This document shows, piece after piece, positions 38,021 to 46,600 of a DNA stretch of 50,455 nt. The position numbers and the translations under genes were made by a program. The notes under the pieces are model-generated. The model searched no databases. It was given only the letters and a program-made list of their open reading frames with translations, and was not told where the DNA came from. Source of the stretch: Syntrophomonadaceae bacterium (GTDB taxonomy: Bacteria > Bacillota > Dethiobacteria > DTU022 > UBA8154); contig SLRC01000159.1 in assembly GCA_007131175.1 (NCBI GenBank), positions 1 through 50,455 of the forward strand, written 5' to 3'. Positions within the stretch are counted from its first letter, which is position 1. Every line of letters begins with the position of its first letter.

Positions 38021-38650
38021 GTGATTGATTTGGAAGGAAAAAATAATATTAACACTACAGAGAACAAACTGCTTTCCATGTGGCGGGATTTTACTCGTCC
38101 GGCTGGGGGAGAGCATAAGCATAAAAAGAACCTTTTTTTGTTATTAATCCTCCTTCTGGGAATAATATTAATGTTTGCCGGACCCTATCTCACTTTGCCA
38201 AAAAAACCTGAAGCAATGAAAGAAGTTTTGGATGCACAACCGGCAAACAGTGACTCTGAAACAGATTTGGCCCGCGCATTGGAGCAGATCCTGGAACATA
38301 TAGATGGAATTAGTGAAGTAAAGGTATTTATAAACTATGCTGGCAGCAAAGAGGGGATTTACGCCCGTTCATATGAAGAAAGTACCCGTAATACGCTGGA
38401 AGTGGATCGAGAAGGGGGTACCAGGGAAATTGAGGAGCTAAACCGGCGCGAAGAGCATGTTCTCTTGCGGGATGGAGGAGGAGGTGAAGAAGCGCTCCTG
38501 TTAAAAGAGATTATGCCTGAGATTAAAGGAGTCCTGGTGGTAGCCAGGGGGGCGGAAATTAGTTATCTTCGGCTGGAAGTGGTGCGGGCAATTCAAAGTG
38601 TTCTCGATCTGCCAGTACACCGCATTGCATTTCTTCCCTATGGAAGTTAA
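38021..38650 (+). CDS. spoIIIAG: stage III sporulation protein AG
   Basis: N-terminal TM segment plus a C-terminal ring-building-motif-like domain (EIKGVLVVARGA...VVRAIQSVLDLPVHRI). Position in the operon. Confidence 0.88.
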   Translation: MIDLEGKNNINTTENKLLSMWRDFTRPAGGEHKHKKNLFLLLILLLGIILMFAGPYLTLPKKPEAMKEVLDAQPANSDSETDLARALEQILEHIDGISEVKVFINYAGSKEGIYARSYEESTRNTLEVDREGGTREIEELNRREEHVLLRDGGGGEEALLLKEIMPEIKGVLVVARGAEISYLRLEVVRAIQSVLDLPVHRIAFLPYGS

Positions 38651-38682
38651 TCCGCTGAGAAGTTAGCTGTAAAGGAGGTGGC

Positions 38683-39222
38683 TTGGGGGCAATGGACAGG
38701 AAGAAGCTATGGTTGATTGGTGTTATTCTGGGTTTGATGGTTATTTATCTCCTGGTAAATGTTCTGGAAAAAGAGATGAGCCTCATCGAAGTGACGCCTG
38801 ATGAATCGACAATCTCCCCGTTATTAGCCGAAGAACTGCCTGAAGATCCGACTCGATGGAGGTTTGATGATGCCCATGCTTTTTTTGTGGAATATCGTTT
38901 GGAGCGGGATCGGGTGCGGGGTCAGGAACTTGAGATGCTCAATGACATTATCAGCAATCCTCAGGCCGGAGTAGAAACCAGGCGGGAAGCGGAGCTGCAA
39001 ATCTTAAATCTGGTGGAACTAATGGAAAAGGAACTCATTGTGGAAAATATGTTAAAAGCCCAGGGATATCCCGATGCCATATACTTTGGTGGGAAGGATG
39101 GGGTAACCGTGATGATCCATACCGCTCAATTAAACGAAGAAGAGTTCTTTCGTATTTCTGACATGGTATCTGCTGTTGCCGGCGTTTCCCGGGAAAAAGT
39201 TCAGGTTATTCAACAGGACTAG
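38683..39222 (+). CDS. spoIIIAH: stage III sporulation protein AH
   Basis: N-terminal TM segment, FFVEYRLERDRVR motif, C-terminal YscJ/FliF-like fold region. Last gene of the operon. Confidence 0.85.
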   Translation: MGAMDRKKLWLIGVILGLMVIYLLVNVLEKEMSLIEVTPDESTISPLLAEELPEDPTRWRFDDAHAFFVEYRLERDRVRGQELEMLNDIISNPQAGVETRREAELQILNLVELMEKELIVENMLKAQGYPDAIYFGGKDGVTVMIHTAQLNEEEFFRISDMVSAVAGVSREKVQVIQQD

Positions 39223-39269
39223 CTTATCGTTTCAGCAAGGCAACAGGTGGCTGTATTCAACAGCAACAT

Positions 39270-39298
39270 TTGTAAGTTATAACATCTTATGCTACAAT
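39270..39298 (+). promoter_or_regulatory. sigma-A-type promoter of asp23
   Basis: TTGTAA (39270-39275), 17-nt spacer, TACAAT (39293-39298). Confidence 0.5.
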
Positions 39299-39346
39299 AA
39301 CATCATGATCAGATTTAAAAATTCAAATTTTTAGGAGGGATGTTAT

Positions 39347-39739
39347 ATGGATGAAGGTCGCACTTTACCTTCTGAACTGGGAGCCATTCGTATAGCTGAC
39401 GAAGTTGTCTCCATTATTGCCGGTCTTGCAGCTACGGAAATTGAAGGAGTAGCCAGCATGAGCGGTGGCATCGTCGGGGGTATTGCTGAAGCCCTTGGCC
39501 GTAAAAATTTATCCAAAGGTGTAAAAGTAGATGTGGGCGAGCAGGAAGCCGCTGTTGATCTATACCTTATTGTCAGTTATGGTTCTCGTATCCCTGATGT
39601 GGCGTGGGCGGTTCAGGAGAACGTGAAAAGAGCCATTGAAACGATGACCGGCTTATCAGTAGTTAATGTAAATGTTCATGTTCAGGGTGTTAGTTTCCCC
39701 CAGCAGAAAGATAATGAAACGGAAGAAGAAACTAAGTAA
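39347..39739 (+). CDS. Asp23/Gls24-family envelope stress protein
   Basis: IADEVVSIIAGLAATEIEGVASM...GVKVDVGEQEAAVDLYLIVSYG..IPDVAWAVQENVK, typical of the Asp23 family. Confidence 0.92.
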   Translation: MDEGRTLPSELGAIRIADEVVSIIAGLAATEIEGVASMSGGIVGGIAEALGRKNLSKGVKVDVGEQEAAVDLYLIVSYGSRIPDVAWAVQENVKRAIETMTGLSVVNVNVHVQGVSFPQQKDNETEEETK

Positions 39740-39746
39740 CAATAGT

Positions 39747-39790
39747 AAAGCCAACCTGCGGGGGGATATCCAGCAGGTTGGCTTTACTTT
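39747..39790 (+). terminator. strong hairpin / partial terminator between asp23 and amaP
   Basis: Perfect 13-bp arms AAAGCCAACCTGC (39747-39759) / GCAGGTTGGCTTT (39773-39785), followed by the interrupted U-tract ACTTTG. Confidence 0.6.
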
Positions 39791-39808
39791 GTGGAAGGGA
39801 GAACGACA

Positions 39809-40372
39809 ATGACAGGTGTGCGGACTTTCTTTACTGTTATGGGTTTAATATTGTTGATCGGAGGTCTGCTTTTTGCTTTTTTAACACTGGGCGTGTTCCA
39901 GGGGACAATGTTTCTTGGATTTGATCTAAGCCACCTGGTTAACAATTATACTTTTACGTCCCTCGGTTTTCTTGTATTGATCGTGGGAATTTTGCTGATT
40001 GCCCTCTCTACCTCCAAACGCAGCAGTGTTAAAGAGGAGGATCAAAAAAAAGAAGGGGGCAGCATAGTAAGTTATACCGAAATCGGAGAAGTGCGTATTT
40101 CTTTGAAGGCAGTTGAAAACATGGTATTGTCCGCTTCACGCAAGGTAAATGGCATCCGTGAAGTATCCACCCGTATAGACGCTAACGAGCAAGGCTTGCT
40201 GATTTATATAAAAATAAAAGCAATACCGGAGACTCCCATTCCTGCACTGGCAGGGGAGCTGCAGAACAAAGTGCGGGATTATGTTCAGGAGATAAGCGGG
40301 TCAAATGTGAGTGAAGTCAAAGTGCTTGTGGAAAACATTGCCCAGGACAAAATTCAAAGGAATCCCCGCTAA
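39809..40372 (+). CDS. amaP: alkaline shock response membrane anchor protein AmaP
   Basis: Two N-terminal TM segments plus an Asp23-like C-terminal region. Conserved partner downstream of asp23. ATG 39809 after GAAGGGAG. Confidence 0.8.
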   Translation: MTGVRTFFTVMGLILLIGGLLFAFLTLGVFQGTMFLGFDLSHLVNNYTFTSLGFLVLIVGILLIALSTSKRSSVKEEDQKKEGGSIVSYTEIGEVRISLKAVENMVLSASRKVNGIREVSTRIDANEQGLLIYIKIKAIPETPIPALAGELQNKVRDYVQEISGSNVSEVKVLVENIAQDKIQRNPR

Positions 40373-40384
40373 GGGTGTGATCAT

Positions 40385-40606
40385 ATGAACAGCGATAACA
40401 ATCAGTTTTTTGATATGCACAAGGAAAAGATTATTGGTGGTATTATTGGGTTGATTTTGGCTTTGCTTTTTGTTATTTTCGGTCTCTGGAATGCCATATT
40501 TATTATAGCCTTTGTTCTGATCGGAATATTCTTAGGCAGCCGTGAAGAGTTACGTAATGAGCTGCAAAACTTGTTTAATAGGTTATGGTACGGCCGGGAA
40601 CGTTAA
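40385..40606 (+). CDS. DUF2273 small integral membrane protein
   Basis: 73-aa two-TM protein, the third member of the asp23-amaP module. Confidence 0.75.
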   Translation: MNSDNNQFFDMHKEKIIGGIIGLILALLFVIFGLWNAIFIIAFVLIGIFLGSREELRNELQNLFNRLWYGRER

Positions 40607-40612
40607 TTTCTT

Positions 40613-40640
40613 TCACCGCCCCTGCGGGTGGTTTTTTTTA
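40613..40640 (+). terminator. intrinsic terminator
   Basis: CACCGC..GCGGGTG GC-rich stem followed by T8 (40632-40639). Confidence 0.75.
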
Positions 40641-40678
40641 TTTAATTTTCCCATAGGGGGAAATAAGGGAAGGTTATC

Positions 40679-40707
40679 TTGCCTGCCATAAATTTATGTT
40701 GTATATT
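40679..40707 (+). promoter_or_regulatory. sigma-A-type promoter upstream of nusB
   Basis: TTGCCT (40679-40684), 17-nt spacer, TATATT (40702-40707). Confidence 0.45.
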
Positions 40708-40768
40708 TATTCAGGCAACCTTACTTCCCCGCTTTTAATTTGTGCATTTTTTAGAGGAGGCTGCGGGA

Positions 40769-41194
40769 TTGAAAAGAAGAATTGCCCGGGAATGTGCCCT
40801 AAAGGTTCTATTTATGGTGGATATGGGTGCCAACGATGTTGAACAGGCTTTGCAATATATTTTAAATACCTCCTGTGAAGGGAAGGATGTTTTACAACCG
40901 CGGGAGCAGGACTTCTGCGCCACACTGGTACGGGGAGTTGTGTCAAAAAGGGATGAGTTAAGCAGTATGCTCACCCCTTTTCTAATAAACTGGCAGTTGG
41001 AGCGCCTTGCACCTGTTGTACGGTTGATCATGCATATGGCCCTATTTGAGACACTCCATATGGATGATATCCCTCCCGCCGTTACCATAAACGAAGCGGT
41101 GGAACTCTCCAGGCAATACCAGGATGAGGAATCAGCGCGCTTTGTCAACGCTGTCCTTGATAACATTCGCGTAAGCAGAGAAAAGAGCGATTAA
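40769..41194 (+). CDS. nusB: transcription antitermination factor NusB
   Basis: RRIARECALKVLF N-terminus, W.LERL and INEAVELSR..QDEESARFVNAVLD motifs. TTG 40769 after GGAGG. Confidence 0.93.
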   Translation: MKRRIARECALKVLFMVDMGANDVEQALQYILNTSCEGKDVLQPREQDFCATLVRGVVSKRDELSSMLTPFLINWQLERLAPVVRLIMHMALFETLHMDDIPPAVTINEAVELSRQYQDEESARFVNAVLDNIRVSREKSD

Positions 41195-41322
41195 GAATAT
41201 TGCGAATATTTGACGGGAAGAGGAAATTTGGACCTCATGCCGAAATAGAAACGAGGCGGGGTTATTGCCTCTGAAACCGCCTTCTTTGATAGATCAGAAA
41301 TATAATAAAGGAGTTGTTGCTT

Positions 41323-41835
41323 ATGGCTACATCGGCTAAAACATTGGAGGTTGGTGCGATTCCTTATGATGAGATCGACACAATCATTGGGAATTACAAG
41401 GGGGATTCCAGCGCTATTATACCTATTCTCCAGGATATCCAGGAAATAATAGGCTACGTTCCCAAGGATGGCATCGCTTACATGGCAGAAAAGCTTGAGG
41501 TTTCAGCGGCGAAAATATACGGTATTGCCACTTTTTACGCGCAATTCCGTCTTCAACCTGTGGGCAAGCATATCATTATGCTTTGTGAAGGAACGGCCTG
41601 TCACGTTAACGGAGCCAAGCTAATCGCCGGTGCAATTACGGACGAGCTGGCTATACGGGGAGGAGAAACCACCCCTGATGGCCTGTTCACTTTTGAGAAG
41701 GTTGCTTGTATTGGATGCTGCAGCCTTTCTCCTGTAATGGTGATCAGCGGGGAAACATATGCCAAACTGACTCCTGATGCCACCCGCAAGATAATAAAAG
41801 AATACCAGGAAAAAGAAGCAGCAGCACAAAATTAA
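41323..41835 (+). CDS. NuoE/HydC-like [2Fe-2S] subunit of a flavin-based bifurcating (Bfu/Stn-type) complex
   Basis: Thioredoxin-like 2Fe-2S motif CEGTAC...CIGCCSLSP. AAAGGAG RBS before ATG 41323. Confidence 0.88.
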   Translation: MATSAKTLEVGAIPYDEIDTIIGNYKGDSSAIIPILQDIQEIIGYVPKDGIAYMAEKLEVSAAKIYGIATFYAQFRLQPVGKHIIMLCEGTACHVNGAKLIAGAITDELAIRGGETTPDGLFTFEKVACIGCCSLSPVMVISGETYAKLTPDATRKIIKEYQEKEAAAQN

Positions 41836-41860
41836 AGTGAGGGAGCGAGGAGGTGTCTGA

Positions 41861-43630
41861 ATGGAAGAGCATGGAAAGACAGTTATTAAGGTAGGCCTTA
41901 GTACCTGTGGCATCGCCGCGGGGGGAACTAAGACATATGAAGCCCTTAAAGCAGCCATCAAAGAGAATAAACTTGATGTGGTGCTGCAGAAAACCGGTTG
42001 CATTGGTATGTGTTACCAGGAGCCAATTGTTGACGTGATAACTCCTGACGGCAATCTTTATTCTTACGGAGCTGTAGATGAAGAAACAGGCCGCCGTATT
42101 CTTGCTGAGCATGTTAAGGGTGGCACTCCAGTACAGGATTCTCTGATCAGCGAAGAGAGGGAATCTATTGTAGGTGGACAGGTACGGATATCTTTGCGTA
42201 ATTGCGGCATCATTGACCCTGAATCTTTGGAAGATTACCGTGCCAGCGGTGGTTACCAGGCACTGGAAAAAGCGCTTAAGGAAATGACTCCGGAGCAAGT
42301 CATTGAGGAAGTGCTCCGTTCAGGGTTGCGAGGCCGTGGCGGTGCCGGCTTCCCCACGGGGCTAAAATGGCGCTTTACCCGTATGAACGAAGGGGATCAG
42401 AAATACATTATCTGTAATGCCGATGAGGGTGACCCGGGTGCATTCATGGATCGCAGCATAATTGAGGGTGATCCTCATGCTGTGGTTGAAGGTATGATGC
42501 TTGCCGGTTATGCCATTGGAGCCTCCATGGGCCATATTTACTGTCGGGCTGAATACCCCCTTGCCATCGTACGCCTTGAAAAAGCAATGCAAGATGCCCG
42601 GAATGCCGGATTATTAGGTAAAAATATCCTTGGTTCGGGGTTTGACTTTGAGCTAAAGGTAAAGAAGGGAGCCGGCGCTTTTGTTTGTGGCGAAGAGACG
42701 GCCCTGATTGCATCTCTAGAAGGGGAACGGGGAATGCCACGCCTTAAACCTCCTTTTCCTGCGGAACAGGGTCTTTGGCGTAAACCCACCAGTATCAATA
42801 ACGTGGAAACATTTGCCAATGTCCCCTGGATCATATCAAATGGAGCGGACAAGTACGCCGCTTACGGAACAGAAAAGAGCAAGGGAACAAAGGTTTTTGC
42901 TTTGGCCGGTAAGATGAACAATGGTGGACTGATTGAGGTTCCCATGGGAGTTACTTTGCGAGACATTATTTTTGGAGTAGGTGGAGGCGTCCGGGATAAC
43001 AAAAAGTTTAAAGGAGTGCAGTTGGGCGGGCCTTCGGGGGGCTGTATTCCTGAGAGTCTGCTGGATACGTCGGTGGAATACGAGTCACTTACCCGTACCG
43101 GTGCCATCATGGGTTCAGGCGGAATGATCGTTATGGATGAGACGACCTGTATGGTGGACATGGCCCGTTATTTCCTTGACTTTGTGCAAAACGAGTCCTG
43201 TGGCAAGTGTGTCCACTGCCGTCTCGGGACAAAGCGCATGCTCGAAATTCTTACCCGCATTACCGAGGGGAAAGCAGCGCCGGAAGAGCTGGACTTACTG
43301 GAAGAATTAGCATACAACGTTAAGGAAGGTGCCTTATGCGGATTAGGGCAGACAGCCCCGAATCCTGTACTGACAACCCTCAAATATTTCCGTGACGAAT
43401 ATGAAGCACATATTCACGACCGCTGTTGTCCGGCCAAGTCATGTCCCGAGCTTCTTACCTATACCATTGATATGGAACTCTGTAATGGATGCCGTCGTTG
43501 TGCCAAACATTGTCCCGCTGAAGCCATAACTGGTGAAAAGAAAGAACCCCACGTTGTGGACCAGGAGAAGTGCATTAAATGCGGCAACTGTATTGATGCT
43601 TGTAAATTCGATGCAATAATGGCAGAATAA
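41861..43630 (+). CDS. NuoF/HydB-like FMN- and NADH-binding subunit with extra Fe-S domains
   Basis: N-terminal 2Fe-2S (STCG...CIGMC), GLRGRGGAGFPTGLKW and CNADEGDPGAF FMN/NADH motifs, SCGKCVHCR N3 cluster, C-terminal CNGCRRCAKHCP and CIKCGNCIDAC. Confidence 0.92.
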   Translation: MEEHGKTVIKVGLSTCGIAAGGTKTYEALKAAIKENKLDVVLQKTGCIGMCYQEPIVDVITPDGNLYSYGAVDEETGRRILAEHVKGGTPVQDSLISEERESIVGGQVRISLRNCGIIDPESLEDYRASGGYQALEKALKEMTPEQVIEEVLRSGLRGRGGAGFPTGLKWRFTRMNEGDQKYIICNADEGDPGAFMDRSIIEGDPHAVVEGMMLAGYAIGASMGHIYCRAEYPLAIVRLEKAMQDARNAGLLGKNILGSGFDFELKVKKGAGAFVCGEETALIASLEGERGMPRLKPPFPAEQGLWRKPTSINNVETFANVPWIISNGADKYAAYGTEKSKGTKVFALAGKMNNGGLIEVPMGVTLRDIIFGVGGGVRDNKKFKGVQLGGPSGGCIPESLLDTSVEYESLTRTGAIMGSGGMIVMDETTCMVDMARYFLDFVQNESCGKCVHCRLGTKRMLEILTRITEGKAAPEELDLLEELAYNVKEGALCGLGQTAPNPVLTTLKYFRDEYEAHIHDRCCPAKSCPELLTYTIDMELCNGCRRCAKHCPAEAITGEKKEPHVVDQEKCIKCGNCIDACKFDAIMAE

Positions 43631-43697
43631 GGGCGTTAAATATGGAGGCGGCATATAAGAGACTAAATTTACACAGTAAAGGGGTTGAGCTAAGCGC

Positions 43698-46600
43698 ATG
43701 AGTTGCCTGCGAATTAATATTAACGGACGGGAACTATGTGGCCATGGGGACCAGACGATTCTGGAAATAGCCACGGCCAATAATATTCATATTCCCACCC
43801 TTTGTTTTAGCGGCGATCTGGAGGTGTACGCTTCCTGTGGCCTTTGCCTGGTAGAGGTAAAGGGAATGCCACGCTTGCTGCGGGCCTGTGCCACAAAGAT
43901 TGCCGATGGTATGATTATCCAGACTGAAAATGAAAAGATTAGAAAAGCACGGAAGCTGGCTCTGGAACTTATACTTTCCGATCACCGCGGTGACTGCCGT
44001 GCTCCCTGTGTAATGGCATGCCCGGCCAACTGTGATGCCCAGGGCTATGCTGCGCTGGTGGCGAATGGTGATTATAAAGGGGCGCTTAAGTTAATCAAGG
44101 AGTTTATGCCATTTCCCTCTTCCATTGGGCGGGTTTGTCCTGCACCCTGTGAAGATAATTGCCGAAGGAATCTGATGGAAGGGCCCGTCTCCATCCGTTA
44201 TTTTAAACGTTTGGTGGGCGACTTGGATATGGCCAGCGATGATCCTTACGTGCCGGAAGTGGCTCCTGATACGGGTAAGAAAATTGCTGTTATTGGTTCC
44301 GGACCGGCCGGATTGACTGCCGCGTTCTTTCTGCGCCGTCGCGGTCATGCCGTTACTGTTTTTGAGGCGTTGCCGGAGATGGGTGGTATGCTCCGTTATG
44401 GTATTCCTGAATATCGTCTTCCCAAAAAGGTTTTGGGAGCTGAAATTCAGCAGATCCTGGATCTGGGTGTGGATGCGCATACCAATGTGCAGTTAGGAGA
44501 AGATTTTACCATCGATTATCTTTTTAAGAACGACTATGATGCCGTTTATATAGCCATTGGTGCCCAGAACAGTAAAAACATGGGCGTAACCGGTGAGGAA
44601 ATGCCTGGAGTATTGGGTGGCACTGAATTTTTACGGGCAGTTATGCTTAATGAAGAAGTTGTTCTGGGAAGCCGTGTTGCGGTTGTCGGTGGCGGTAACA
44701 CAGCCATGGATGCGGCACGGACAGCCAAGCGCCTCGGTGCGGATGAGGTTACTGTTGTTTATCGCAGGGCCCGGGAACAAATGCCCGCTCAGCCTATTGA
44801 GGTTGAGGAAGCGGAAGAAGAAGGTGTGGAATTCAACCTCCTTGCTGCTCCCATCAAGATAGAGGGGAACGGCAAGATTGAAAAGATGGTTTGCCAGAAG
44901 ATGCAACTGGGTGAACCGGATGCATCGGGCCGCCGTCGTCCTGAACCTATACCAGATGCATATTTCACTCTTGATGTGGACACTGTAATCGCTGCTATTG
45001 GTCAGGATGTGGACGTTGAGAATATTAAGAAAGATGTGGCTGTTAACCGCTATCAAACAATCGAAGCAAAAGACGGGACATTTCTTACCAGTGTTCCCGG
45101 TGTATTTGCCGGCGGGGATGCAGTAACGGGACCGGGGATTGCTATCGAAGCTATTGCCGCCGGAAAGCGTGTGTCAGAGGTTATAGATAACTACCTGCAG
45201 GGAAAATTGTCTCCGTACCGCACCTATTTTAATATCATCAGGGAAGGGCTCACGGAAGAGGATTTTGCTGATAAACCGCGGCAGGAAAGAGTAAAAATGC
45301 CTGTTGTGGAACCGGAGGTACGGGTTAATAATTTCCGTGAGATCGAACAGGGCCTCCTGCCGGATGATGCCACGAAGGATGGAGTTCGTTGCCTGGAATG
45401 CGGCTGTTTTGATGTTTTTGAATGCAAACTGCGTGACTATGCGACTAAATACGATGCAAAACCGGAGCGCATTGTAGGTGAAAAACACGATTATGAACTG
45501 GAGCTCCACCCACTGATCGTGCGTGATCCGAATAAATGTATCCTCTGTGGGCTTTGCGTGCGCACCTGTGCCGAAATCATCGGTGCAGAGGCACTGGGTT
45601 TGGTTAACCGGGGTTTTAACGCTTATGTAAGCCCCTCCCTTGACCTTCCCCTGGAAAAAACGACTTGTGTGGCATGTGGGCAGTGTGTTGCATCCTGTCC
45701 CACCGGTGCCCTTGTGGAAAACATGCCTTTCGCTAAACCTGCCCCCTGGGAACTTCAGGTGACATCAACCATTTGCGGTTATTGCGGTGTAGGTTGTAGC
45801 ATGCATGTGGAAACTGTGGGAGATAAAATAGCCCGTGTAGTTCCGCTCAATGGACCGGTTAATAATGGCATTCTCTGCAAAAAAGGGCGTTTTGGTTTTG
45901 AGTATGTAAACAGTGAGGAAAGACTAAAAAATCCTCTCATTCGTGAGGATGGGGTTCTAAAGGAGACAACCTGGGACGACGCCCTGCTTCATATCGCCAA
46001 GAAGGCCAAATCGCTTAAAGCCCGTTACGGGGGTAATTCCTTGGCTGTATTTGCTGCAGCACGTTACAGCAATGAAGAGAGTTATCTTATTCAAAAATTT
46101 GCCCGTGCCGTACTGGGGACAGATAACCTGAACAGCTTTAATGAGCCGGCAAACCCTCTAACGGCCCAAATTGGTATGGGAGCTTCTACAAATTCCTTTG
46201 AAGAATTTGCTTCAGCCGATTTTATCTTAGCCGTTGATGTGGATTTTGACGATTACCCTATTGCTGTACTGCAAATTAGGCAGGCTGCGGAGCAAGGAAC
46301 GGCCCTCTGGATTATTCATGAAGGGGAAAGCAAACTTGCAAACTATGCAAAGCAGACGCTGAAGATTAAGGAAGGGGCGAATACAAACTTCCTGGCTGCC
46401 CTGCTCATTGTAGCCTGTGAAAATGGCCTGGTAAACAGGGACTTTGTCGAGCAGTATACAGAAAACTACGAGGAACTTGCAGCATTGTTGAAAGAGCGCA
46501 GTGCAGAAGAAATGCTCCAGGGCAGCGGCCTGACCAAGGATGAAATTCAAGCCCTCTTGGAAGCTTATGCCGGGGCAAAAAGCCCGCTGCTCGTTCTGGG

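Noticed and set aside
41195-41322. Rex-type redox operator upstream of the Stn-like genes (TTGCGAATATTTGAC resembles a half-site)
   Set aside because: There is no inverted second half-site (TTCGCAA/TTCACAA). The only symmetry is a GAATATT direct repeat, which is insufficient to call a Rex box.
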